Shown here one piece after another: positions 1 to 9,244 of a stretch of DNA of 64,000 bases. Under the pieces are notes generated by a model, which was not told the origin of the DNA, ran no database searches, and worked only from the letters and a program-made list of their open reading frames with translations. The first letter of the stretch is position 1; each line of letters starts with the position of its first letter. The DNA lies in contig CAVSGO010000007.1 in NCBI GenBank assembly GCA_963727525.1, positions 160,001 through 224,000 on the forward strand, given 5' to 3'. The DNA comes from an uncultured bacterium. Lineage in GTDB: Bacteria > Krumholzibacteriota > Krumholzibacteriia > LZORAL124-64-63. The translations under genes and the position numbers were made by a program.

Positions 1-1836
1 CTGGGCACTCAGCGTCGTGCGGGGGTTGAAGGGATTCGGGAAGACGGCCAGCTCGGCGCTCCTCGCCGCCGGCACGTCGTCCACGCCGACGGGGCCGTGG
101 GCCTCATAGCAGCCGATATCCGGCGCATCGCCGATGGGCACGTGGATGCCATCGATGTCGTGGTCGAGGCCGACGTCGAGTCCCGCGTCGATCAGGAGCG
201 ATCCGTCGGGCAGGCTCAGATCGCTATCGCTCGTGTACGGCGATTCCGTGAGCCACACCGGATCGGTGGGCGTGGCGTCGTAGACGATCTGGTCGCTCGC
301 AGCCGCGATGTTCGACACGTTGCCGAAGCCGCCGCCCTCGCCGTGCAGCTGGACATCGTTGCCGACACCCCAGAAGACGCAGTTGATGATGTTGCACGCG
401 TTTTCGGGCACCCACTCGCCGCCCTCGAGCGGATGAGCGAAGGCGTCTCCAACCGCGTAGCTGGCCGTATTGACCGAGTTGTCTTGGAAGGAACAGTTGG
501 TGAGGTCGGCGCGCGCCGCATTGCGGATGACCACGGCGCCGCCACGGCTGTACTCACCGGTGTCGGTGCCGTCCGGCTGGAAGCCCGCGCGGTTGCCGCG
601 AAACTCGCAGTAGGTCAGCGTCACCGTCTCGCCCACGCTCTCGTCAAGCCCGCCCTTCATCACGCCGCCGCCCTGGTACCAGGCCGTGTTGTCCACGAAA
701 TGGCAGTAGGCGATCGTGCCGACGGCGAACCGGCTCAGGTAGACGCCGGCGCCCTGGGCGTTCGCGTTGCCCGTGAACGTACAGCCCGTGATCGTGACAT
801 CCACGTCCAATCCCTCGGCGCCTTGCACCAGGATCGCGCCGCCATCGCCCGCGTTCGATCCCACCTCGAGGCTGCCCTGGTTGTCGGTGAAGGTGCAGTC
901 CTCGACCAGGAGGGACACGGGCACGGTGCCGTTGTCCTGCACGAGACGGAGCCCGGCGCCCGCAGTCCAGGTGGCGCCAGCGACCACGCCGGCTCGCGAT
1001 CCGGTGACGTTGCAGCGACGCAGCGTGACATTCGCGCCCTCGAAGTTGACGGCGCCGCCGACGGTCGCCGCGGCGTTGTCCGTGAATTCGGTGTCCTCGA
1101 TCAGTACGTCACCCGTGCCGCCGGCGGCATGCACGGCGATGGCACCGCCGCGGCCGCTGTCGTCCGTGCCGTTGCCGGCGAAGCTGCTGCCGGTGATGCG
1201 CAGGTCGTAGCCGGCCGCCAGGAAGATCGCACCGCCATGGCCTTCGGTCCGGTTGCCCGTGAACGTGCACTGGTCGACCTGGATCACGAGGCCGTTGCCG
1301 TCGGACAACGCGCTGAGCACACCGCCCTGGGTGCCGGGTCCGGAGCGGACGAGATCGGTGAACGTGCAACCGGTGAGTTGCAGCGAGGTCAGCACGGTCC
1401 CGGCCGGCGTCGTGGTGAGCGCGGCGTCCGCGCGCGTGCCACCATCACTGCTGATCGCAACCCCGCGTACCTCGATGGTGGGTACGAGATCCGTGGACGC
1501 CAGGGATCCGCCAGACATCAGCATGAGCCCACTGTCCGGGGGTGGCGAGGCGGCGAAATCCTGGTTCGTGAGTAGGGCCGTCAAGGTGACGGGGGCGTCG
1601 AGGCTGTGTATCTCATTCGAGAGCAAGATGGTGTCGGGGCCGGCAGCGGCAACCGACGCCGTGGCGAGATCGGAATAGCAGTTCTCGGATGTCCAGTCGT
1701 CCGGCGTGCTCGGGCCGCTGACGCGTGTGCCGTCGAGCTGGACGTGGAAGCGCGCCGCGGAGGCGGTTCCCGGAACCACCGCCAGGGCGAGGCACAGGAC
1801 CGCGGTAGCCGCGGCGACGGAGCGGAAGGTGACCAT
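1..1836 (-). CDS. Secreted right-handed beta-helix repeat protein with choice-of-anchor-Q-like segment and C-terminal FlgD/T9SS-like Ig domain (3' end runs off the window)
   Basis: Absent from the ORF track because there is no stop in the window. Manual translation gives ATG at 1836 after a GAGGA RBS, signal peptide MVTFRSVAAATAVLCLALAVVPGTASA, CTFTGN..GGAI repeats, DLSLPDGSLLIDAG..PDIGCYE, then VGVDDVPAARSAELAVFPNPFNPRTT at the left edge. Confidence 0.85.
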   Translation of the reverse strand, partial: MVTFRSVAAATAVLCLALAVVPGTASAARFHVQLDGTRVSGPSTPDDWTSENCYSDLATASVAAAGPDTILLSNEIHSLDAPVTLTALLTNQDFAASPPPDSGLMLMSGGSLASTDLVPTIEVRGVAISSDGGTRADAALTTTPAGTVLTSLQLTGCTFTDLVRSGPGTQGGVLSALSDGNGLVIQVDQCTFTGNRTEGHGGAIFLAAGYDLRITGSSFAGNGTDDSGRGGAIAVHAAGGTGDVLIEDTEFTDNAAATVGGAVNFEGANVTLRRCNVTGSRAGVVAGATWTAGAGLRLVQDNGTVPVSLLVEDCTFTDNQGSLEVGSNAGDGGAILVQGAEGLDVDVTITGCTFTGNANAQGAGVYLSRFAVGTIAYCHFVDNTAWYQGGGVMKGGLDESVGETVTLTYCEFRGNRAGFQPDGTDTGEYSRGGAVVIRNAARADLTNCSFQDNSVNTASYAVGDAFAHPLEGGEWVPENACNIINCVFWGVGNDVQLHGEGGGFGNVSNIAAASDQIVYDATPTDPVWLTESPYTSDSDLSLPDGSLLIDAGLDVGLDHDIDGIHVPIGDAPDIGCYEAHGPVGVDDVPAARSAELAVFPNPFNPRTTLSAQ

Positions 1837-1881
1837 TGCGACCTATCCTCGCATTTTGAGGGAAAATGTCATGATCCATCA

Positions 1882-1909
1882 ATTTTACCAGAATTGCGAG
1901 ATATTTCAA
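1882..1909 (-). promoter_or_regulatory. Putative sigma70 promoter for the beta-helix gene
   Basis: The minus strand reads TTGAAA-16 nt-TAAAAT with an extended TG, within an AT-rich intergenic tract. Confidence 0.55.
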
Positions 1910-1961
1910 GAGGATAAAATATACGATACGTGCAAATAATCCGCCACGCTATCGCGCGCGC

Positions 1962-2750
1962 TCACCAGTACTTCTCGAAATGCATGCTCCCGATCGTGTC
2001 ATGGGACTTCTCGACGAATCCGCGCGATGCCAGCTCCTCGCTGGTGACCCGGATCATGTCCGGATGTCCGCAGAGGAATACATAGCACTGGTCAGGCGTC
2101 AACGGCTGGCCTGTGAGACGCGTGAACATGTCGGGAGCGATCACGTCCTGCACGCGACCGCGCGGCCCCTGCCACGACGAATCGTCAGGCTCGCGGCTGC
2201 AGATGGGCAGGTAGAGGATCGATGGATCCTGACGGCAGGCGGCCTCGATCTCCTGCCGGTATCCGAGGTCTCCCTGGCGACGCACCCCATGCACGAGGAT
2301 GAGACGGTGCCACCGCCCGCGTCCGCGCTGGGCGCGCAGCAGCGACACGTACGGGGCCAGTCCGGTACCCGTAGCGACCAGGACCAGATCCCGGTCGCCG
2401 GGAACCTCCTCGAGGATGAAGTGGCCGTGGGCTTTCGCGTCGACCCAGAGACGGCCGCCCTCGGGGACCGTCCACAGACCCGGGGTGAGCCGACCGTCGC
2501 GCACGCGCACTAGGTAGAACTCCAGGGCTTCGCCGTCGTCCGGCGACGAGGCGATCGAGTAGGCCCGCCGCAGCAGCCGGGGCCCGCGACCGTTGCGCTT
2601 CTCGTCTTCCTGGAGCAACCCGACCAGCGTGTATTGCCCGGGCCGGAACGCCGGAATGCGGCCGTTGTCCGGCACCACACGCACGACGGCGAGATCCTCG
2701 TTGAGGTCGTGCCGGGTCACCAGGGTTGCATTGTATACCGATGATGTCAT
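1962..2750 (-). CDS. fpr: Ferredoxin/flavodoxin--NADP+ reductase
   Basis: Motifs F.PGQY, RAYSIAS, G.LT, ATGTGLAPY, LCGHPDMI and C-terminal EKYW. ATG at 2750 follows a GGAGG RBS. Confidence 0.9.
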   Translation of the reverse strand: MTSSVYNATLVTRHDLNEDLAVVRVVPDNGRIPAFRPGQYTLVGLLQEDEKRNGRGPRLLRRAYSIASSPDDGEALEFYLVRVRDGRLTPGLWTVPEGGRLWVDAKAHGHFILEEVPGDRDLVLVATGTGLAPYVSLLRAQRGRGRWHRLILVHGVRRQGDLGYRQEIEAACRQDPSILYLPICSREPDDSSWQGPRGRVQDVIAPDMFTRLTGQPLTPDQCYVFLCGHPDMIRVTSEELASRGFVEKSHDTIGSMHFEKYW

Positions 2751-3246
2751 GTTTTCCTCCGCGCGCGCTACGATAGGCACGGACGGCTGTTGCGCAAGTA
2801 TAAACTGCGCGGTGGGAGGTTGCGGGCCAAGCCAGGGCCGCGCCGAGGGGCTCTGCCCGGCGGGAAAAGAACGTCCCCCGCTGCCCGAGCGGAGCCTTGG
2901 ACACATTCGCTTCATCGCTTCTCGATGTGGTTGGCGGTAGGAAAGTCAGGATCGGAAATCACACCTCTTGTGACCCCCGGCCGGAACGCGGTGTCTCGAC
3001 CCCGCGCACTGGGTCTCGTGGCACTCGTCGCGTTCTCGCTGGCCGGTGGGGACCTCGCGAATCCCGTATGTCACGCTGGTTGGACCGGCGTGATGGTGCC
3101 CACTCCCGGCCGTCGGGGCACAACCACGTCCGGGATGACGAACTCTGAGGACGGCCATCGCTGGCGCCGTGGGGCCTGAACATTATCATGGGCATCCCAC
3201 GTCGGCCTGCGGGCCACCGCTGTCACTCGGAGCAAGGAACCGACTC

Positions 3247-5043
3247 ATGGACCACGGAGATGAGGGACGTTTCGATCCGCACTCGTACTGCAACGCCGAT
3301 CAGCCCGTCCAGCGCCACTTCGACCTCGAGCTCGCCGTCGATTTCGCCACACGCAAGCTCGCGGGCCGCGTGCGCATCCGGCTCGACCGGCCGTCCGCGG
3401 GACCCCTCGATCTCGACGGGCGCGATCTGACGATCACCCACGTCCGAAACCAGACGGGCGCCGACATCCCCTGGCAGATCGCCGAGTCGGAGAAGGTGCG
3501 CGGTGACCGCCTGCATCTCGAGTTGCCGGCGGGAACGGAGAGCGTGGAAATCGGCTACCATACGGCGCCCGGTGCGCTGGCCCTCGGCTGGCTCGACCCT
3601 CCGCAGACGGCGGGTAAGCAACACCCGTTCATGTTCAGCCAGTGTCAGCCCATCCATGCGCGGACGATGGTGCCCTGCCAGGATACGCCGCGTCACCGCG
3701 TCACCTACACGGCCGCGATCAGCGTGCCCCGACCGCTGCGCGCCGTGATGTCGGCCGCACCCGAGGGTCAGGAAGACACGGACGACGGACGCACCGTCTG
3801 GCGTTTCGCGATGCCCCAGGCCATCCCCACCTATCTGCTGGCCTTGGCCGTGGGGAATCTCGAGGCGCGCGATATTGGCGCGCGCTCGCGCGTCTACGCG
3901 GAACCCGAGACCGTCGCGCAGGCCGCGTGGGAATTCGCCGAGGTCGAGTCGATGATCGCCGCGGCCGAGCGCCTCTTCGGACCCTACGAGTGGGACCGCT
4001 TCGATCTGCTCGTCATGCCGCCGGCGTTCCCGTACGGCGGCATGGAGAACCCGCGCCTGACCTTCCTCACGCCGACACTCATCGCGGGCGATCGGTCGCA
4101 GGTCAACGTCGTGGCCCACGAGCTGGCCCATAGCTGGACCGGCAACCTCGTGACGAACGCCACCATGGACGATTTCTGGCTCAACGAGGGCTTCACCGTG
4201 TACGCGGAACGCCGCATCCTCGAGGAGATCTACGACGCGGAGTATGCCGATCTGCAGGCCGTCATACGACGCGCCGCCCTGCAGGAGAACCTCGACGACT
4301 TTGGACCCGAGTCGCCCTACACACACCTGCGCAACGACCTCGCCGGCATCGATCCCGACGATATCTACTCGCTCGTGCCGTACGAGAAGGGTGCGCAGTT
4401 CGTCCTGCTCCTGGACCAGGCGGTGGGACGGGAGCGCTTCGACGCCTTCCTGTCGCGGTACATCGGGACCTTCAGGTTCCGCTCGATCACCACAGACGAG
4501 TTCCTGGCGTTTCTCGAGAAGGAACTTCCCGGCGTGTATGCCTCCGTGCGGGGGCCGGAGTGGGTCGATGGACCGGGCATGCCGTCGAACGAGATCCCGG
4601 TACGGTCCGCCGCCGTGGATCACGTGCGCGAGTTGGCTGCCGCATGGCCGAGCGGCCGCCGACCTGCCGCCGACGACGCCGCCACCTGGAAGCCGGAGCA
4701 GTGGCAGATCTACTTCCAGAACCTGCCGCGTCGCCTCGATCTTGCCGACTGCCACTGGCTCGACGAGACCTTCGCCCTCACGCAGCGTGGTCACTACGAG
4801 GTGCTCGTGGAGTGGCTGACCATCGCCGCCGCATCGGCCTACGAGCCGGCGTTCGCTCGCATCCGCGAGGTGCTGACGCACGTCGGACGCATGAAGTATC
4901 TGAAGCCTCTGTACAAAGCGTTGATGAGCAACCCGTCGACGGTAGCGCTCGCGCGCAAGATCTTCGCCGATGTCCAGGCGAGTTACCACCCGTTGAGCCG
5001 GGCCTCGGTGGCCGGAATCGTCGGTGCCGGGACGCCGGCGTGA
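3247..5043 (+). CDS. M1 family aminopeptidase (leukotriene A4 hydrolase-like)
   Basis: Motifs DPHSY, GGMEN, HELAH..NEG, VPYEKG and GRMKY. Start placed at ATG 3247 after AAGGA. Confidence 0.92.
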   Translation: MDHGDEGRFDPHSYCNADQPVQRHFDLELAVDFATRKLAGRVRIRLDRPSAGPLDLDGRDLTITHVRNQTGADIPWQIAESEKVRGDRLHLELPAGTESVEIGYHTAPGALALGWLDPPQTAGKQHPFMFSQCQPIHARTMVPCQDTPRHRVTYTAAISVPRPLRAVMSAAPEGQEDTDDGRTVWRFAMPQAIPTYLLALAVGNLEARDIGARSRVYAEPETVAQAAWEFAEVESMIAAAERLFGPYEWDRFDLLVMPPAFPYGGMENPRLTFLTPTLIAGDRSQVNVVAHELAHSWTGNLVTNATMDDFWLNEGFTVYAERRILEEIYDAEYADLQAVIRRAALQENLDDFGPESPYTHLRNDLAGIDPDDIYSLVPYEKGAQFVLLLDQAVGRERFDAFLSRYIGTFRFRSITTDEFLAFLEKELPGVYASVRGPEWVDGPGMPSNEIPVRSAAVDHVRELAAAWPSGRRPAADDAATWKPEQWQIYFQNLPRRLDLADCHWLDETFALTQRGHYEVLVEWLTIAAASAYEPAFARIREVLTHVGRMKYLKPLYKALMSNPSTVALARKIFADVQASYHPLSRASVAGIVGAGTPA

Positions 5044-5071
5044 AAGAGCCTTTCTGTCGTCGGGAGCATCC

Positions 5072-6016
5072 ATGCGCGTGATCGAACATCTGGCTCGCGC
5101 CACCGAGACGCTGTACAGCTTCGAGATCATCCCGCCGCGACGCGGCGGGAGCGTGCGCGACATCATCGACATCGTGGAGCAGGTCGTGCCCACGGCGCCG
5201 TCGTTCATCGATGTCACGAGTCACGCGGCCGAGGCGGAGTACGACGAGCTGCCCGACGGCACGATCCGCCGCCGGGTCCGCAAGAAACGCCCGGGCACGC
5301 TGTCGATCTGCGGCATCATTCAGAATCGCTGGGGCATCGATACCGTCCCGCATCTGCTGTGTCAGGGCTTCACCTGCGAGGAGACCGAGGACGCGGTCAT
5401 CGAGCTGAACTACCTTGGTATCCAGAACGTGCTCGCCATCCGCGGAGATGCGCCGAGCTACCAGCGCCCCGCCGACCCCTCGCGCTCCCGCAACCGATAC
5501 GCCGTCGATCTCGTGGCCCAGGTCGCGCGGCTACGGCAGGGCCTCTACCTCGACGAGCTATCGAACAGCGTGGCGATCGACATGTGCGTCGGCGTGGGAG
5601 GCTATCCGGAAAAGCATTTCGAGTCGCCGAATCTCGGCGCCGACGTACGCCGGCTCAAGGAGAAGGTCGACGCGGGCGCCGACTACGTCGTCACCCAGAT
5701 GTTCTTCGACAACGAAGCCTTCTTCGCCTTCGAGAAACGGTGCCGCGAGGCAGGCATCGACGTGCCCATCATCCCGGGACTCAAGTTCCTGGACAGCGAG
5801 AAACAGCTCATGAGCTTGCCGCGCAACTTCCACGTGAGCATTCCCGAGGGTCTCGCCGATGAGGTGCTCGCCAGCCCGCCGCACGCCCGCGAGATCGGCC
5901 AGCGCTGGGCGCGCCAGCAGATCGAGGGCCTGCTCGCGCATGGCGTGCCGTGCCTGCACTTTTACGTCATGATGGACGCGCGGCCGGTCGTCGAGGTGAT
6001 CCGCAAACTCGGTTAG
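5072..6016 (+). CDS. metF: Methylenetetrahydrofolate reductase
   Basis: Motifs SFEIIPP, LAIRGD, GYPEKH, LKEKVDAGADYVVTQMFFD, PIIPG and LHFY. Confidence 0.9.
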   Translation: MRVIEHLARATETLYSFEIIPPRRGGSVRDIIDIVEQVVPTAPSFIDVTSHAAEAEYDELPDGTIRRRVRKKRPGTLSICGIIQNRWGIDTVPHLLCQGFTCEETEDAVIELNYLGIQNVLAIRGDAPSYQRPADPSRSRNRYAVDLVAQVARLRQGLYLDELSNSVAIDMCVGVGGYPEKHFESPNLGADVRRLKEKVDAGADYVVTQMFFDNEAFFAFEKRCREAGIDVPIIPGLKFLDSEKQLMSLPRNFHVSIPEGLADEVLASPPHAREIGQRWARQQIEGLLAHGVPCLHFYVMMDARPVVEVIRKLG

Positions 6017-7251
6017 AGCCGCGGAGCCGCGAAGCACACCAGTTCGAGCGGCACATCGGAGCCGGCGGCGGCGGAGGTGTCCGTGCCCTCGGCGTTGTCC
6101 CCGGTGCTCACGGTGAGCGTCAGGCGATCCTGCCCCCGTACCAGCATGAAACGACCATCGCGCAGGGGGATCAGGCGATTGCCCTCGCCACCCTGGGGCA
6201 CGGTGAGGGTTACGTCGGCGACCAGCCGCCCGTCCCCATCGTACACGTCATAGATGACGATGCCCTGGCGGTCCCAGCGATCGCGGCCATGGCTGTTCTC
6301 CACCCAGAGAGTCCCGTCGTCGCGCGCCACCATGCTCCGGATGCAGGGGTCGCGATCCTGGAGCACCTCCTCGATCTCCGGTTTCTGGCCATTGATGTCG
6401 ATCTGCATGCCGCCGCGCAACGCGTCCTTCTCGGCATCGGTGCGCATCCGGGCGTCGTGGGGCCGGGTGATCACGCGCAGAAGGGAGCCGTCGGGCGCGT
6501 ACTGGGTGATCTCGTAGCGACCGTAGGCCGTGGCGCACGACAGGCGGCCGTCGGGGCCGAGAGTCCAGCGGCCGCGCTCCCCGGGGAACCAGTCGGCCAA
6601 CTCGTCGAATGTCATCTTCTGCAGGTTGCGGGTCCGGGCGAGGCGGGCGTAGCAGTGGCGCTCCTCGCCGTCGGCCGTGACCGCGGCCAGCGTGTGCTCG
6701 TCGAGCATCGTGCCATCGTCGGGCCGGAACACGCTGCGGACCGCTGACACGACCAGGACGTCGTCCCGCTGATGCGCCTCCTGCAGGATCGCGAATCCGC
6801 CGCGCGCCGGATCGTCGCTGCCCAGGGTGAAGCTGCCGGAGGGCATCCCGTCGGGGTTCAGGTAGATGATCTTGCCGGGGAAGGCTTGCACGATCCCGAC
6901 GACACCGTCGGGGCGGACGTCGAGACCGATGGGCCGGCGCATCTCGCCGGGCCCGTCGCCCTCGCGGCCGAGCGTGGCCATGAGCGTGCCGTCCTTCGCG
7001 AAGGCGAGGACATGGGAGAGCTGCGTGTCGAGCACGTAGACCGTGCCATCGGTGGCCACGGCCGCATTCGCCACCTGGCCGAGCAGCACTTCGCTCTCGT
7101 CGTCGCCACCGGCGCGCCACAGCTCGTCCAGGGTGACGGCGATCTGCCGCGGCGCGGCGGCGGGGTTGTCGATCGTCGGAGAGGCCGCCGCCGTGGCGGA
7201 CACGAGTACCACGGCAGTGAGCACGAGATACGTCAGCCGCAACATGATCAT
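6013..7251 (-). CDS. Secreted 6-bladed beta-propeller (NHL-like) protein
   Basis: Signal peptide followed by DGTVYVLD, GREGDGPGE.RRP and DGTLWV / DVYD.DGR motifs. Confidence 0.8.
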   Translation of the reverse strand: MIMLRLTYLVLTAVVLVSATAAASPTIDNPAAAPRQIAVTLDELWRAGGDDESEVLLGQVANAAVATDGTVYVLDTQLSHVLAFAKDGTLMATLGREGDGPGEMRRPIGLDVRPDGVVGIVQAFPGKIIYLNPDGMPSGSFTLGSDDPARGGFAILQEAHQRDDVLVVSAVRSVFRPDDGTMLDEHTLAAVTADGEERHCYARLARTRNLQKMTFDELADWFPGERGRWTLGPDGRLSCATAYGRYEITQYAPDGSLLRVITRPHDARMRTDAEKDALRGGMQIDINGQKPEIEEVLQDRDPCIRSMVARDDGTLWVENSHGRDRWDRQGIVIYDVYDGDGRLVADVTLTVPQGGEGNRLIPLRDGRFMLVRGQDRLTLTVSTGDNAEGTDTSAAAGSDVPLELVCFAAPRL

Positions 7252-7291
7252 GCTCCGGGACTCGGGGGTAGGGGAGGTGTGCGAACGAGAC

Positions 7292-7317
7292 TACGCAGCC
7301 GGTACCGGCGAGGTTCC
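7292..7317 (-). promoter_or_regulatory. Putative ECF sigma factor promoter upstream of the beta-propeller gene
   Basis: The minus strand reads GGAAC-N17-CGTA about 40 bp before the ATG. An ECF sigma/anti-sigma pair lies upstream on the same strand. Confidence 0.45.
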
Positions 7318-7333
7318 CCGAAAATGATGGGTT

Positions 7334-7354
7334 GTGCCAAGAAGAATGTTGACG
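7334..7354 (+). repeat. IS terminal inverted repeat (left)
   Basis: GTGCCAAGAAGAATGTTGACG, compared with the reverse complement of 8536-8556, GTGCCACGAAGAATGTTGACG. Confidence 0.85.
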
Positions 7355-7397
7355 AGGCTTCGCACCGAGATCTCGCCCGCTAGGCCCGACTTTCTCA

Positions 7398-8507
7398 CTA
7401 CGCGGCGTACGTCAGCTTGTGCCTGCGGTTCACCTTCAATGGCCGCGTCTCGACCCGTCGCCAGTAGTAGTCATCCCACAACGGCGGCAACTCGATATGC
7501 GACACGAACAGCCGCCGAGACAACACCTCCTCCTCGGTCAGGGGCTTCGTGGCGATCCCGATCTGCATCGCCGGCGTGCTCCAGCACCGCTTCTCCCGAC
7601 GCAACTTGATCGTGTTGCGCCACACCAGGAAGATCGCCAGCCGGTAGATCGAATGCTGGCGTCGCTTCCCGAACGCGATCGTCTCCCGCGTGTGGTCTTT
7701 CAGACAATGCCGCAGCAACATGTCCAGCAAGTTGACCTCGAACAACGGGTTGCGACTCGTCCGCGGCTCACGGGAGTCGATCGTCTCGTGGATCACGTTG
7801 CCGTACCGTAGCTTCGCGATCGCATAGGGATAGGTCTTGTGCTTGTCGCTCCAGATGTGGGCCTCGGTGGCGCCGTCGAGCGAGACCGAGAGCACCTCGA
7901 GCAGCGCCCGCATCAACGACCTGGGGTCCGGCCGGCCATAGTTTTGTTCAAAGAGGGACCGTTTCCATTTCTGCTCGTCGGTCATCGCCCCGCTGCGTCG
8001 CCGCTCGGCCTCGGCGAAGTGGATGATGAAGCTGGAGGGGCGATCGACGGCCGCGACGATCTCGTAGGGGAAGTACTGGGAGTGCTCGAAGGTGACGAGC
8101 CCGTCGATGGCGATGTCCACGAAGGGTGACGCCTGGGACACCAGGTGTCGATGGAAGAGGATGCAGTGTCGGCCGAGGCGAGCGAGGAGGTTGTCGACGG
8201 TCGTCGGCGAGGTGTCGAGGAGCCTGGCGATCTGGCGGTTGGCGGCGCCAGAGACGGCGTGCTTGTGGACCTTGGGCAGGAGATCGGCGCGTTTGAGCCA
8301 GTATGTGGTGCGGAAGGTCTGGTCTGAGCAGGTCCTGCCACAGGCCAGGCAGAGGTAGCGCTGGACGGTGTAGGGCGGGGATTTTCGGGAGAAGGTGCCG
8401 AAGAGCGCGAAGGGCCAGGGTTGCGGCTGAGGCTTGTGGTATTTGCAGTTAGGGTTGGGGCAGTGGGGAGGAAGCGAGGGGCATGAAGTGAGGGTTTTGG
8501 TGTTCAT
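7398..8507 (-). CDS. IS1/IS1595-like transposase (Zn ribbon + HTH + RNase H-like core)
   Basis: Zinc ribbon CPNPNC..QRYLCLACGR, HTH RQIARLLDTSPTTV, acidic motifs IAIDG and IWSDKH.TY, LLRH....RETIAFGK and a TPAM.G tail. Confidence 0.8.
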   Translation of the reverse strand: MNTKTLTSCPSLPPHCPNPNCKYHKPQPQPWPFALFGTFSRKSPPYTVQRYLCLACGRTCSDQTFRTTYWLKRADLLPKVHKHAVSGAANRQIARLLDTSPTTVDNLLARLGRHCILFHRHLVSQASPFVDIAIDGLVTFEHSQYFPYEIVAAVDRPSSFIIHFAEAERRRSGAMTDEQKWKRSLFEQNYGRPDPRSLMRALLEVLSVSLDGATEAHIWSDKHKTYPYAIAKLRYGNVIHETIDSREPRTSRNPLFEVNLLDMLLRHCLKDHTRETIAFGKRRQHSIYRLAIFLVWRNTIKLRREKRCWSTPAMQIGIATKPLTEEEVLSRRLFVSHIELPPLWDDYYWRRVETRPLKVNRRHKLTYAA

Positions 8508-8535
8508 GAAGACGGGCCCAGGCAAGCGCTGGACC

Positions 8536-8556
8536 CGTCAACATTCTTCGTGGCAC
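8536..8556 (-). repeat. IS terminal inverted repeat (right)
   Basis: CGTCAACATTCTTCGTGGCAC is an inverted copy of 7334-7354 with one mismatch. Confidence 0.85.
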
Positions 8557-8572
8557 GTTAAAAACGATGGGT

Positions 8573-9244
8573 TCAGCGGACTATCAGTGGCACTGTGGCG
8601 CTGCGACCGCAGACGTCTCCGCCGCAGAGGAAGACGATCCGTGCGTACGCAGCGTCGACGGCCTCCGGCCGCAGGCGCAGATCCAGCGTCGTCGACGTAT
8701 CCGCGGCGACGGGAATCCGGGCCAGCTCACCCAGAGCGGCATCGTAGAGGACGATCTCGCTGGCGTCCGCAGCGGCGGGGCGCGACCAGGCGAGATTCCA
8801 GACTCCGGACGCGTCTGTGGCTTCCACGCTCAGCGGCGTGTCCGGCGCGGCCTCACCGCGCAGGATGGGGGCGCCGGCCGGCACCCGGGGGCCCGAACGC
8901 ATGACGACGTCGCGGGCCACGAGGAGGCCCGCACATATCGCCAGCACGGCGGCCACCGCGTACAGGGCGCGGCTCATGGTACGCCCCCGGGCCGCGGGCG
9001 TCTCGCCGGCGCGTGCGCCCATCGGTGCACCGATGGTCAATGACAGTCGAGACGCGAGCGTCGCCATCGCCCCATCGACGTCGGCATCGCCGGGGAGCGA
9101 CGCGGGGTGCATGAATTCCGAGTAACTGCGTACGAGGGTGCGGCAGCGCGGGCATGTGGCGACGTGCACGCGGTCGGGATGGGTGGCCGGTAATTCGAGC
9201 ACGGCCGCCACATCCTCGGGTCGTATGCATCGTCGCGCCATCAT
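8573..9244 (-). CDS. Zinc-binding (ZAS-type) transmembrane anti-sigma factor
   Basis: HxxxCxxC motif (HVATCPRC), one TM segment and an extracytoplasmic tail. ATGA overlap with the sigma factor stop. Confidence 0.7.
   Translation of the reverse strand: MMARRCIRPEDVAAVLELPATHPDRVHVATCPRCRTLVRSYSEFMHPASLPGDADVDGAMATLASRLSLTIGAPMGARAGETPAARGRTMSRALYAVAAVLAICAGLLVARDVVMRSGPRVPAGAPILRGEAAPDTPLSVEATDASGVWNLAWSRPAAADASEIVLYDAALGELARIPVAADTSTTLDLRLRPEAVDAAYARIVFLCGGDVCGRSATVPLIVR

Larger units (their letters stand above)
7334..8556 (-). mobile_element. Insertion sequence (1223 bp), IS1/IS1595-like
   Basis: 21-bp terminal inverted repeats matching at 20/21 positions enclose a single transposase-like ORF. 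GTT flanks both ends. Confidence 0.8.

Noticed and set aside
97-1575. 492-aa + strand ORF, and similar long overlapping ORFs (e.g. 3223-5217, 17116-19287, 31430-33952, 41750-43486, 61366-63852)
   Set aside because: These are antisense or alternate-frame shadows of recognisable genes, as expected in high-GC DNA. They show no motifs and have Arg/Ala/Gly-skewed composition.
2751-3246. ~500-bp gap between fpr and the aminopeptidase: possible SAM/SAH riboswitch for metF, or a 62-aa ORF (2991-3179)
   Set aside because: CTCTGAGGA only superficially resembles a SAH riboswitch core, and the downstream conserved elements are missing. The ORF has no RBS or family features. An Rfam scan would settle it.
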